DNA of 64,000 nucleotides from Phoronis australis (taxonomy: Eukaryota; Animalia; Phoronida), in the NCBI GenBank assembly GCA_002633005.1, contig NMRA01000116.1, positions 280,474-344,473 on the forward strand, in the 5' to 3' direction. Each line of letters opens with the position of its first letter. The first letter of the stretch is position 1. Shown in pieces: positions 13,141-28,100 of the stretch. The notes under the pieces were generated by a model. The model made no database searches, was not told where the DNA came from, and saw only the letters and a list, made by a program, of their open reading frames with translations. A program made the position numbers and the translations under genes.

Positions 13141-16100
13141 TTAGACAACACTGATGTCTTGTAAGTGGACGTCACTGTCACACGCAGTCTGTTCACGGGT
13201 GTTGGACGTGTGACGTTTCAAGTAGTCCTTCAACAGCTGTTCAACATCCTGGTACTTGGACTCCTGAAAATGTAACACATGTTTAGATGGGTCATTGACT
13301 GGGTAACAAAAATATGAAATATAGAAATTTTGCACCTCACTAAAGACAAAAGCTTCAATTTCTGTTGTGCATTTCAGTGAAATTGTCTCAGCTTTATCAA
13401 TGTCAACATTAAAGCAAAACTTGTAATTTGAAAATATACGTTTATATCGAGATATCACTATTGTTTGTATACATATACATGTATACTTTGTTATGTACTC
13501 CTTTCATTCATAAGTGTAAAGAGGATCTTTTGGCTTGGTATCAGTCGTGTGCAATAACTGTGCAGTCAGAAGAGCTCCCCAACAGTATACATACAGGAGG
13601 GCACGTTGCCAATTACACCCATGTACATATAAACATACTCGTGTAAAAATGTATTTCACTATTAATGACTTACACCAAGATCATTGTTTTAGATTAAAAG
13701 TCAATAATTGTTAGTTTGAATTCTGTTTGTAAGGCACTTCTGACAGAGATCAGTATCTAGTTTTAAAGACTGTTTCCTGTGTTTAAGCTACTGACAGAAT
13801 GTCTACCGATTATGGTGAAGTATTATAATGTGAACTGACTGAAGCTAACTAAAATGACATTTGAGCAAAATTTATTGTTTTTTCCAAAGCACACCTGACC
13901 AACAGCCTTATCATTCACAACAGTGTGTATTATTGCACAAAAATCAATCAACAACAGTTTTCAACATGACAGTAAATGCGGAGGAGACTTGTGTTTTTAA
14001 TCAACATAGTACCGTCCTCTTAATGTGCAGTGATATGTTGGAACTGGATCATCACAACTTGACAGTAATGCAAACTGTGTTTGAAGGAGAAGTTGCCTTA
14101 CCTTGACATTGAGTACAGAGACGACATTACTGAGCCGTGTAAGCCTACCATGTGCCTCAGGGACGTAGAAGTAACGCTTACCCTTGTATTCACCATCGGT
14201 ATCACCCACTAGAAACAATAATATGTAAATCACTAACTAGCAAAATATTTTATTTTTATCGTTTGGATGTGTCACTCCGGCCGGACATAGAATACCGTAA
14301 ACAGATTTCTGAAATAAGTGCATGACTTGTGTTACTGACTGGCCATGAAGAATATAAATCGGTAAATAAAACAACAAGAATGGATCAACTGAAATTTGAA
14401 ATTTTCGGAGGTAACAACACAGAAATAAGTGGATGTGTCATTCTGACTGGTCATAGAACATTGAAATAAGTGGTCTAACTGTTAACCACATTTGAGACAT
14501 TTCAAATTACCACATAGCACTGATTCTCTGGGAGACATCGTTAAAAGGGATTATCATCAAACCACAATGTGACCAACAGATCTTTATTGAAAGTCAAAGT
14601 ATGTATCAGCATACATCTAGCACTACATCATGTCTAATCAGATTGCTGCTGTCTTAACAATCAACATCATATCACTGCAAACATATCCTCCCATCTCTAC
14701 CTGCTGCATCCATTCTGAGCCCCACATGAAGTCTATGGTCGGCGTAACGTTTGTCTACTGTACCAATGAACTTGACGATACCATGGAATGGTTGGTACTT
14801 CACTGGTAAATCTGAAATGAGTCGTCATTGTTTTTAATTGCACTTATAGGTTTGTGATAGACATCTTCAACTTAATCTGCAATGTTATTTTCATATTGTT
14901 CCTCATTACATATAACAGTTGCCTTTGCATGACTTGTTTATATTCAAATCGTTGAAAATAAGGTGAAAACAAGGTTAAAATGGCACTGAATACACATATT
15001 AAGAATAACTGATTTTTGTCACAAGTTAGGTTGCACCACAGACAATAGTACATGGACCACCAACTCCGTATACTTTCAATAGACAAAATCTGCTCTTACA
15101 GAAGCAATGATGTCATATTCACTAGCGACACCTGGCTAAATCATCTGGTGTTATTTCCGGCAAGTACGTTGTCTACTAATCATGGTTGGCTGTTGTGTCA
15201 TCACAATACACTAACCGGAAACTGGGACAGATAATTTAAGAGAGTGGCGCCTCCTCTAGGATATTACGCAAGAATATGTCGGCATTGCGAATCTGTTGTC
15301 TATAATCCATGCGCGCACCAAGGCTCAGATGAGCCCCCCCATTTGGCGAAGTGGGCAAAAAGGTCTGCTTCTGAGAAACAAAAAGTCCGAGAAAATGAAA
15401 CAAAAGTCCACTAAACAAGCTCAAATGCGCAATTCACAGTGGTGCCCCCGTTTTTTTTTTTTTAGTCTGCACACTTTTTTGTTACCAAAAGGTCCACATT
15501 GCCAGGAATTCGAGCCCCTCACATTGAAGGCTGGGTGCGTGCGTGTAATCTATGGTTGCACAGACCTAATCCAATGGCAGGTAACCTAGTGTCACAAAAT
15601 AACAGTGAAATGTAACAATATGGCAGCAAATAACGAAACATATGGTCAGACAGTGGTTACAGTAGTTAATATATACAACCATACAGTTGCCTCGTCTTAA
15701 TGGTAAAATAGTGTTTGCAAGCAGTTTATGCAACACACACCTTTATGTTTTCTTTTTGTGTATACAGGCTTGATAGGCAACTTGGCAATCACCCGGTCAC
15801 CAATCCGTACAAAGTTAGTTGTCAATTGATCTTTCTCCATGGCAGTAATGCTGTCAATGGTTAGTGCACCCTCTGAACTACTCTCCGTGTGTAACGACCC
15901 TCCATCTGTTATTGCTGATACTGGCCTGGAGTTCTGTCTTGGAGAATTTGGCAGAGATTTGTCCGTCAAGCATATTGTAACCTCATCGGTCACTGAGGCA
16001 GTTTTAGTCCGAAAATTTTTAAATGGATTCATGTGGTTGTTGGGTCGGACAACTGCAGTTCTGGGACGGTGCTTTCTCCGTTGCGCTTTCTCATAGACCA

Positions 16101-19100
16101 GATCATTTTGCACTGTCAGATCGTCCGCTTCTAATATCTGGCCAAACAACGTTTTGTCTCCAGCGTCGGTACTATTTGCACTACAATACTCTCCCTCTTC
16201 ACTGCTATGGGCACGTGACATCTTTGACGAAGTGTTATGCTCCCTGGACGAGTTATGGTTCGAATTGAAACTTTCATCAAGACCCTCAGAATCATCCTCG
16301 ACACTGTTGTATAGCGACTGCAATAAACATTCTTGAGGTTATCTAGGATCATACTGTTACGTAGTGACTGCAATAAAAACATTTATGGTTGTCAAGGACC
16401 TTACTAACAAGTTTGTATGTTAAGTTAAATATCTACAAAATTATAGATTTTGACTCTTTCTGAGAATAGAAAGCCCGCAGAATTAGATTCTTTTAATTTT
16501 ATACTATTATAATCTCCCATTAATTAGGTCATGTGGCCATGTCTATAAATTTAGTGAAAAAGGTACATTCATAGCAATGACATGACCAAAGTTCAGTCGA
16601 TATAAACGTTCAAGATGAAACCTCAAAAACGCAGTTACAGTTGTCTAAATAATAACTTCATTTTCATTTTACACAACTTTTAAAAATTTTATTCAGAGAA
16701 GTCATATAAGTCCTAATTTCATGCAAAGATGAAACAATGGCCACAACAGATTTTTTCCTTGTTAAAAGACTTCAGGCATTGTTATGAATGCTGCGACTTT
16801 CTCAAAAAACTGTCTATCCTAGTTGTGGTTTACGACTGAGGACCTATTAAGTCTGTGATTTTATGGTACCTTTCAATACCAAAAAATTAAAGTTCACCTG
16901 TCCATCATGTTGTTTCCTGCATTGGTGAGATTTAACCTTACAAAGCAACCCAATCTTTGAGCACCATTTGCACTCGTTTTGGGCTAGAAGGTAACTACTC
17001 TGCATAATGGCTAAGAATTTTGCAGATGGTGGTAAATTATGGGTGTCATTCACATGCAACAGTCCTTTCAAAATTGACATGCAAGGTTAGTAAAAGTAGG
17101 TCTGTGTGAACTCCGCTCTTAGTTATACAAATGTCCCAGTTGGACTGTGTAAGTAAATACAGCTTAACAAAAGGTTAAAAAATGGTCCTGGCTGAGAAGA
17201 TAATTGTTTTGTTACCCCCTATGAGTTTTGAATAGCCAAGCCCGTAATGTGCATACCTTTGTAGATGGTGTAGGTTCAAAGAATGACTTAGTCCCCAGTG
17301 ACACCAGTCTGTTGGATGAACTTGATTCCGTAACTGCACTGCTACGTCCACGTTCTTCATATTTTGTGTTTTCAGGGAATGTGGCCATGAATTTCAACCG
17401 GTCGTAGATACGGTCAATTTTCTCTGACAAGCAACGGTCAGTACTCCCATTACTGTCCAAGGCCTCTATGACACCCTGTTGGTGAAGAAATGGAAATAAT
17501 TATTATCATGTTGGTCTAAGGTTGAATCTCTATACAATATCGTCTTTAAAAAATCTTTTTAGTTGCATGATTGTATTTTTTCAATAATATAAGTTATCAT
17601 ACCTAGTTTTGCACAAAAAATATTGACCAAATGGAGTTTATTTATTGCTCCTGGGCTGATGCTATTCTAGGCCTTCAACTGGACTTTCACGTTTAATTTT
17701 GGCAAATTTGATTTGACTCTGGCATCTCTGTTTTGGCTGTATATCAGAAAACTTTCACTACTCGTCTAGGACCTAACATAAACCACAAGGTAGTTGATTA
17801 TCACGGCTAACTACTATGGTAAAATATCAACAATTTCCAACAAAAATTATACAAAAATATCTTTTCCATTTTTCATTAAGGCCTCTAAGATTTCTGTCAA
17901 ATCCCACAGTTATGGTATAGAGCATACAAATGATTAATCGTTTATTTTGTGCTAATAATCATTTATGGAAAAAATAAAATTTCACTTGTCCACCAAGCTG
18001 CGTTACAAACTGAAGTACTTTTACTGTATTGAGACATTCAAAATGTCCAGTGAATTCATGATTCAGCCATATTTACCACCACTGTTTCTCCACTGTGGTA
18101 ATTTTACATACACTTGTCTAGTACACTAAATGGTAGGCCTATTCAAAGTTCCCAGTGATGTTAACAATTGATTTTCAGAGCTTGTCTTTTTAAAACAATG
18201 TTTCAATTCCATACCCTTGCAAAGTCTAGTGCTTGGGACTTTTGTATTACAAGCGTATCCTTGCCAACCATTAGACTCTTCAAGGTCGTTGTCTCGCACT
18301 TAGCCATGTGCAGTTCATTCTCAACTCTCTCAAACTGAGAGATCTTCTCATCCATTGCCTGAGTCAAAATTGACACAGTTACCACACTATCATTGAAATC
18401 AATCACCAAACACACACATTAATTACATAAATGGTGCGTTTTTGCACTGAAATGCACAGTAAGACTTAAATTCCTCAAATTTAAAGGAAGCAAGTAACTC
18501 CCTCTTTTGAATTTTTGAATTAATGTAAGTGGCATTACATTACTGATAAATAAAAAGTTGTGACTGAGTTAAGAAAAATAAATGTTATTGAACAGCAGGT
18601 AAACACTGAGTATATCGTGAGTGGACATCAGACATATTGTAGGTATATGTATACAGTATTATGCCACAAAGATGAGGGTTAGTTTTTTACTGAATTTACG
18701 TTCAACCAAAATTCAACTTGAAATATATTTGTCTTCAAGAGAATTGTTAATAAAAATTTTTATTTCATGCTTAAAAGCATAGTTTAATCACTAGACTGTA
18801 AGCTAACAGTTATATCAAATAACATTTAACAATACCAATATGGATAATGATAACAACAAAAATATTAACAACAATCTGAATAATAATGAGAACTAATTAT
18901 CACTATAATAATTTGAATTATGCCACAAGCCAATAAAAGACTAATCAAAATATGAATATAAATAACGGCAATAAAAGACAAATTTACACACTAATACCAA
19001 TGACCATGCATGACTTACCTTTAGTTTATTCCTCGCCTCTCTTGAGCTTTTTCTTGAAGCTTGCAACAACAAAGTCTTGTCTTGTAGCTGTTTCTCTATG

Positions 19101-22100
19101 TCACTTATTTGTTGGTCCTTCTCTTTTAGTTGACTTCTTAAATCTGGGATACTGTCAAGTAACTGAAAGTTTTGTAAAAGTTATGAAATATCCTCTGGCA
19201 AGTTATTTAGCTTCAAAGATTACATTGGTTAAGCCAGAGAACACCATATTGTCCACAAACCTGGTGTAAACTCAAAAACGCCACAAGTCTTTACTTCACG
19301 TGCACACATATAAAATTCCCAATTAAACATCTACTTTTGAAGTACAAACTAATCCAAAAAAGTGTATTACCATTGCTTAACCAACTACACAACTTACCTG
19401 TTCAATATGGTCGTTCTTTTTCAGTTCTTCAATAACTTGAAGTTTTAGATCCACCATCTGTTCCTCTAACATTTTAACTTTTTCATTAGACTCCTGTAAA
19501 TATTACATTTGGGAGAAGTGCTTCAAAACTTGTATTCATAATTACGGAGGAAATCTTGAGAAAATGATTATTTTATGAACACACATGCATATATTAATTC
19601 AGTTTCAAACAAAAAATGCCTTCAAAAAATTTTCTACCCAACCACTCTGACTTAAGGCATATAACTCAGTAAGTCCCTCAAGAGCCATCCGACTCATTTG
19701 ACCGCAGTTGCTGAGCCCAGTTTCTGATTAGATGAGAGAGACTTATATCTCTCCCTGTACAGGACGCTTGTCCACCACAGCTAGGCTACTATTCAAAGCC
19801 ATGGTATTCAGTAGTGTACACAGTGTCATTATGTTTTTATTATGATGTCCTTGAATTTTAATTCTAATTTAGATATGTCTCAGATTTTTTAAGTTTGATC
19901 TCATGTTATGAGTACTTGTATATCTAGGTTATGGTTTAATAGGTCAAGTTATACAGAGGCTAGGTATTCTTCTATTAAAACTCTGTTTACAAAACATCCA
20001 TTAAATCACACCTTGAGTTCTTTTTGATACTTTTCAATTTCTCTTGCTTTATGCTTCAATTCGTTCTCCTTTCCTCGGCTTTCAGCCCTATAACAGAACA
20101 ATAAAGACGTTGCTGAAGCAATGCTCAGGAAGAAAAACAACACGGAAGATTCAACCGTAAGACTATAAACAGCAAAGTTCACTTACTGAGAACTGTCCAA
20201 CTGTTTTTGTAGGTTGTCAATTTCAAGTTCTGCCTTGTCCACTTCACTAACTACAATAAAGTAATAAATGCCAAATGAAAATGTTTTGTTTTTGAACTGC
20301 AAAAATACACAGCCTACTTAAAACACATCCAAGTCAAGGAACTAAAACGTTGAAACTTGTCCACGACTGCACCACATACAGTATACATCTACGAATATTT
20401 GTTAATATAAAAAAGAACACCTGCATCTAGGAGAAATCACAATGTAGCTGAACCTATCCAGAAATCTCAATAGGAACTTACACATCTGTGAAATTTCATA
20501 AAGATCCTTCGAACAGTTTGACAGATAGACTGGCAAACACCAAAAACAGACACAGAAATAATAAAAATGGCCACTAGGGGGGCGCAGATTACATATAATC
20601 CATCTGCGACTGGGAAGATTTTGTTGCCTCTATTATAGAAACCTATTTGACATGAAAATCTCGATAGACATAGAGGCTAACAAAAAAAATTTGGAACCAG
20701 GAGGCATTGAGATATCTGAATCCACCTCAAAATTCGCTAGTGTCATCTCATTCTTGATAGGCACATGTCTGCAAAATGTCATGAATATCCATCAATGGGT
20801 TTTGGAGATAAAGCAGTGGACGTCTGACAGGAGGACAGACAGACGAACATACAGACGACCACATGGAGATGACAGCATCAAAATCAATTGGTTGTCACTG
20901 ACAAGCTGAGCTTAATCAAAAACAGGCATTTAAAAATTAAATATTTAATTGGTAAATGAGAGTTTAGATGGACATGGGAGATGACCATAGGAGACAAGTT
21001 AATTACAATAATTCAAACTCTAAATGGAAATTAAATTCAGTGTAACATATTGTACTCTAACACATGCAAATTACACTCAGTACAACACAAGGGACTCCAA
21101 TAAATTGAAATTGCAGTCAATATAGCATATTGTATTTATGCAATACAAGATATTAAAAAATATTCTCAATTATCATTTGGGCACCTTAAATCACCAATGT
21201 CAAAAACATCACCTTCTGAACTTGACTTCATAAATTACCATAAAATTGGTCTAAATTTGTTCATTGAGAAAGTTAAATACCAGTAATTTCTAGTCTTTAG
21301 CAAACTACGCATCTACTTAACTATACAACACTAGAGCCTACAGACTGCCTTCACTCACCTCTGTACTCTAGATGTTTTATCTTGCCTTCCATACGATAGT
21401 GTTCTCTCTCCAGTTTGGTAATCTGGTCCGTCTTCTTCTTAATCTCCGTCCTCATTTTCTCCATCATCCTCTCAGCCTTCTCCACCTGCTTAGCGCTCTC
21501 CTCACACTGCTGTTGCAGTGCCTCCACTTGCTTCTGGGCATTCTACAATACACAGGTTTTGCAACATTAAGAGATAAATTGTATTCCAATCAAATCTGGT
21601 TTGCTGGACAATACTCACAAAATTAAATTCCCAACTCCTCCGAGGCATCACGCTTCCTTCAAAGGGAAGATGGTACTGAAGACTGGCTTTATGTTCATTA
21701 AATCGCTCAATCTCTCACTGAACAAACATTAGGTGGAGCTTGGTTTCAAATGTCGTCTGCCTGGGATGAGAGTATATGTGAGGTTGGTAACCAGACGCGA
21801 TCTCCTGAGAAAGCAAGCAAGAGACAATGGTTCCCAGTACCATCCTTCTTTTGAAGGAGGTGTGGTGCCTCTGAGGTTCTAGGAATTTATTTTTGTGAGT
21901 GTTGTCCCGCAGACGAGATTTAATTTGAGTACAATGAACTTTCCTGGAAGGATTAACAGCTACATGTTATTATTACAAGATAAACACAGACCTGTGCATG
22001 CTCCTCCCTCACAATCTACACAAATTTTCTCATAAGCAGCTTTACCTTTCCATGTAGTTATTTCCTCGCTAACTTCAGTTACTTTCTAAGAAAGTACTAT

Positions 22101-25100
22101 TTTATTCTACCAAACTCACTTATTTTCCCATAAACTATAATTTGTTCTTTAAAATTTACTTATTTTTCCATAAACTACAATTTTATTCTTCTTTTCTAAT
22201 AAACCTCATTTCTCTTGATGTCTGACAGGGTAAATCATGAGTTGCTCCTGCTTGACACTAAGTAGCACGGCTAACTATAACTGGGAGTATATCAGAAAAG
22301 GATAATGTATTTGGGCGCAGCTATTCAAACCAAGAGGGGTAATTAAATAAAAATTCTTATCAGCCAGGACCAGAAAGCCATTGCTAAAGTTATGTAGGAC
22401 TTTATTCAATAGTCCGTATGCAGCCAAATGTAAATTTCATATAAATTTTAACTCAGTAAAAGTACATTTTATTTTTTGAAATTAGAAATTAATCCTATAG
22501 AATTTCATGTTTGACTTAGTATCCATTTGCTAATAATTGGGTCACATGACCATGCATTTTTAGTGAAATTTAGCAAAGACAAAAAGTGTGTTCATAGCAA
22601 GAGTAAGAATAAGATGATGTTTCATTTGGTAAAATGTTGAGGACAAAATCTCAAAATCGCTGTAATTACAGTTTTCTAAATTACCTTTTAATTTTTTTGT
22701 TTTTTATCAACTTTTGAGTTTTTTGGAAAGATCATAAAAGTCCTGCCTTTGATAGGCCCTCATGAATAATGAAACACTTTAAAAATCATTCTATTTTTGC
22801 AGGAAGAACTATCAAAAATGGAACTTCTATGATTTTTCTGAAAAAAAGTTGCAGCATTTTGGAGAACAAAGCATAAACCACTAGTACTTGAAGGTTTCGT
22901 ATAAATCAGACCAGCCATTTTTGAGTTACGTTTTTTGCCAAATTTGGTCATTATCTGACGGTCCTACACAAGGTTAAGCAGTGATCACTTTAACAAGGGT
23001 CAACCCCACAGGCAATGATCTTGCTAATACTTAACAATAAAAAAAGCAAATTCAAAAGACTGGTTGTCTACGATAACAGCAGGTGAATGACAACCTAATG
23101 CCAAGTTGAAAGACCTTTTGTAGAGCGCATGATTCAGAACCAGTCTGAAATTGTCCCGTTAATATTTACAGTTAATGAAGGATGAAGTTGTGATTTCACG
23201 TTCACTTAGACTTAATATAACAAACATCATGGAGCATGTTTTAAGTATGATTCACATCACATGTGGTACATTTAGGACAAAATATCCATTCTGAATCAAT
23301 TAATAGACAAAGTTACTTTGCTTTTGGTTAACTTTTTATTTTTTATACATCCATAGAAGAAAAAATACAGAAGAACATACAGTCACGCACACGTACACTT
23401 AATGGGTTACGCACCTTAATGGTTCTCGTTCTTTAGAGAAATGCAAACACAGAAGTTCTTCAAAATTTGTATTTCTAAAGGCATATCTAACAACACTTAA
23501 AACAAATATTTATTTTTTCATCTACATGAATTCAAAGTTTTTAACAAAACTAACCTGATCTTGTATCAAACATTTTTTCTTGTGATCTCACCATGAATAA
23601 AAATCTCCACTTTATAGAAACAGGAACATTGACAAGCTTGTTTCAGGGTCCCACCCCCTTTTTTCTCCATCTCATGGAACTGCTTAGTTAGGGTCAATGA
23701 ACCTTTTCAAGTAGTTCCTGACAATTCAATCATACCTGGTATCATAACATAAATAATAGGGTCTGGACATACATTTAAGAACACTATAACATTTTAATCG
23801 ATCTCCAACAGATTTATCACTAACCCTGCATTGTTGTTTGTACTATACATTTTTCATGCACAAGACACCTAATTACCCACGTTTTTAAAAAGCTCAGTGT
23901 AATAAAGTTAATCACCTACCCTCAAATAAACAAGCACCAGCCACGTAAGCAAAGAACGAAATCAATAAATTACAGATAACTTTCTTACAAATGTTACAAA
24001 ATGTATTTCGTAATTTTCAGAATCCTACAACTGAAAGACAGTGAGAGCACAATCAACTAAGAATGACGTTGTCACACTGACACCTATGGGCAACCATATT
24101 TATATACTGCCAGTTACAACAATCTGCAGTAAATGTAACACAAAGGTGTTTGTATTCACACCACCAAATATGTGTTGAAATCGTTTGATCAATTGGTAAC
24201 AAATATTTGGTGTGTACCCTCAGTACATTTTAGAGACTATATGATGTTTAATTTGCAATCCTAATGGTAAAATGGTAATCAGAAATGTTTAATTGAAACA
24301 ACATTTTATTTATTTAGTGCCAGCAATGGGTTAGCCACTCAGTTGGAGGTTTCCAGAACGACCTCAATACCTGCTGAGATAATCAGTGTTATTCAGTGTA
24401 ACATTCAACCTTAAATTATCATCATAAAAGGACTAAATTGCTACTGTCAAGCTGGATAATTGTATAATCTCCCGCTACTCAACATACAGGCAATTCAAAT
24501 TCCATCAATGAAACAGGAGGTCTTTCAGCTTTCTATCCAGGTATATGAATTTTTCTCCTTCATTGCCATGGTTCCCTCATAAAACCCCAGGTAGCTAGGA
24601 TCGATGTAGGAATAAACAGGCCAAATGGATCTGGTGCCATGACAACTGCATCACTAATAACATCTAACCAGTATGCAGACATGTCAAAAACAACATCCAC
24701 TTTGCACTGACAGAGATTTATCACCTTTTTACCAGCATGGAAATTCATTTGTACCCGCCATCGAACAAGAAAAATTCAGTCACAAAGATTACTTTTCTAT
24801 TTCTGGGAACCACATAAAAGGAAAAGCTAACGCGTTATTGTTTTGAAACTATGTGAGGTCTTGTACAAGAGTGATTACTTATGGTAATTACACAATAGAT
24901 GAGAGGACTCCACATTGCAGATTGTCTCCTGGCTTTACATGGAAGTATGTAGGTAATTGACGGATATAATGTGCTCCAAGTTTGAGAACCAGTTTTCTCC
25001 ACTGAATAACAGGTATCAAACTGGTTCTCAAAATACAGGCATGTTATACCCAACTATTGTCAACTACAGTTTCTTAGGCCTGGTATTTTCTGGAATTTGT

Positions 25101-28100
25101 ACAGTTGAGACAATTTTACTATTTAAACATCATAGCTTATACTTAATATTCAAAAGTACCACATCTGTACACCATGGAGGTATGTTTGTTATGTTATCAA
25201 ATACAAAATCAAAATAACACTAGCGTCTCAGAAAATTGCTCCTATAAATAGATGGGATAACAAGAGGGAAACAACAGGGCAAAATGGCTTATTTCTGAAA
25301 TAAACGTACCAATAAGATTGGTCACGGTGTATGAAAGGATGACATTGACTTTTTGACGTTGAAAAGTTAGAAAATCAAGACAATTTTTCATGTTTTTATT
25401 TTTAGTTTTTTTTACTTTTTGCAAAAAATAGATGATTTTTCGATTTTGTGGAGAAAATGAAAATCAAAACACTACTTACATTTTTCATTTTCTACTTTTC
25501 TACATATCTGTTGCAAAGTGCAGATTTCAGAACAATTTTGAAAAACGGCTGACTCAGACTTCTTCCTTTACACACATTTCTGATAGGTGAATAAGGGAGG
25601 ACGAAGCAACCCGCTCAACTCTTCGGGATGTCAATCAAAAACAAATTTCATAGCCGACCAATCAGATGGAAGCATCGGTCCTGACCACTGATAAGTCAGG
25701 CGCTCATGGTTTTAGAAAGAACAATTGCAACTTTGTATACTGTGGATGCTATCATGTCATGGGGTTGTTTGATTTCTGACAATATCAAAAACAACTTTTT
25801 CCCAAGTTCATTTGTGGAATCGCAGATCGAGATGGATGGATGGGGATGGTTGCAACAAACACTGCTAGCATGAGATTTCTTCATAAATTTTCCTAGTTCC
25901 ATGGGATGCACAATGAGATCAAAATACTGTAGTGTTAAAAACCATGAAAAATATTTTTTTTCATTGGCTTATCGTACTAACCAGTGACACAACAGCATTG
26001 ACCATTGGTTAACACTGTGTAGAAACTGACATTCAAAAAAAACATAGGTGATTTTGATTTTCAGAACTCTGCTTCACAGGTGAACAGGAAAAATAAAATT
26101 GCCTCGATTTTTGAAATACGGAATGTAAGTTGCAATTTGAGTCTCGATTTTAACAAATCAATAATTGGCTCAATTTTATAATTTTCAATTTTTGAATTTT
26201 CAGATTAAATGAAAAATGAATATTAAAAATGGTTCAACTTTCAAATTTTTAAATTTCATTTTGAAAGAAAATTCAATTTGGTCCTGTCACACACCAATCA
26301 AGATATTTTTAATGAAAACCAACCGGAATCAAGTCGTTCAAATATAATAGTAAAACAAAGAAGAGCTTTCAGTTGAAACATAGCCACAACTGCTGTACCA
26401 TACATTCAAGTAGTAAATAGCTATCCTTTGACAACAAACTTGGACAAACTGTAAAAAAAAATAAAATGTTGGCAACTAATTTTCAGAGCTTTGTGCATTG
26501 TTGAAACAATTTTCAAAAAGCTAGTACCCAACTGCATCTCAAGTTTAGACCATTACTGACTTCATAACAGAAGACCACAATGCCAGAATAACTTCTCTAG
26601 TTTCATGGAGACGTCACATCAAAATCATTAACATGCAGATAAACTAAATGAATGACACAAAAGGTGTGCCTAAATGGAGAACACTCACAGACAAATACCA
26701 CAAGAGTCCCAAATGAAACTACGAGAATCCAGTTTGTTACAAATGGTATTGCCTGAGGACACCAATTTCCGTAACCAGGAGAGAATAACCAAACAGACTT
26801 ATCGAATTTCAAATATTAGGGCCGATAACTTGGAAGTAATGGATTAACCTTTGTATTGATGGTAACTCCAGACTAAATCCTAAGCAAGCTTTTCAATAAT
26901 TGTAATGTGTAATATTAAAATTGACAAAAGACTAAGAATCAATAAATGAGGATCTTAAAATAATAATCTGAACAATAATTACACCTAAGTGACAAGAGGA
27001 AGAATCAAATATTTCTAGACATGATGATATAGAAGTGTTCACACCCATAATTTTTAGAAATATCCTAATACCTTTTCTCACTGTCTGATACTTTGAGCAA
27101 TTCGAGATACGATTCCATTGAAATAATAAAATTGCCACTAGGGGGCACCATGGAAGCCTGACCCTTCCGAAAATCAATGTCGTCGGTGGTCTTTTCAGCA
27201 CAAAATCATCCTTAAAGTGATTTGTTAGATAGAGAACCTAACACCAAAAAATGTACTTGAAAATAATAAAAATGGCAACTAGAGAACCAAGAATAGGCTT
27301 CATCAAATCCATCTGAAAATGACCAGGCGTCGTCGTCTCCTTAATATAAATCTATTTGCCAAATTTCATGAAAACATGTCAAGGAACTTCGAAGATACAG
27401 AGACAACCGGAAAAAATAAAACTGCCACTAGATTAAACTTTGTACCGCTTTAGCCAAGGCATGAACAGACAATACTGCATTCGCCAACTCTGACAGATCT
27501 TGTCATCTACTGAGAATCAGTGAAACCAAATAAGCTTGTGACACACAGGTATTTTACTTTGGAAATATGTTGAACATAAACATAACTCTTACATTCTTTG
27601 AAGGCTCATGATGCTTGCATCCTGTTTTGTAACAAATTTCCAGGCATACCGAGTAAGACTTAGAGAAAAGCAATTTATTGTGGTTAAAAGCTGATGTACA
27701 CAACGGCGTATGGGATGTTAAAACAGTCCGAAGCGCCCGTAAACAAAGATGGCAAGTCATGAATATCATTGCCATAGTAATAATAATGCATGTATAATTT
27801 GTAACAACCTGGGGGAATTCAGTTGAATTTTAAAACTTATCACACAACCAGAAAATCGTAATTCAACCAAAAAATGACATTAAAATGTCTTTTCCTGTAA
27901 AACCTTTCTTTTATTAGTTAGGGTCCAATTGAACACAGGTCAGTCTCTTCCATTTCACTCAGATAATATCTTAGACATATGCTCCCCTGAGTCTTTACAC
28001 TCAATTGTTAGTCACACTGGTGCAAGAGAGGTGCAGCTTCACACATGGGCGCACGAGGCTAAATACGCCAGGTGGACGGTCAGTAGAGGCAATACAAGCA

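Noticed and set aside
22046-22085. 40-nt exon-like segment (KVTEVSEEITTWK)
   Set aside because: Its length would shift the frame between phase-0 neighbours, and there is no supporting partner exon.
25325-26300. Possible old DNA transposon with T-rich subterminal repeats
   Set aside because: End similarity is weak and no TSD is visible, so boundaries cannot be supported.
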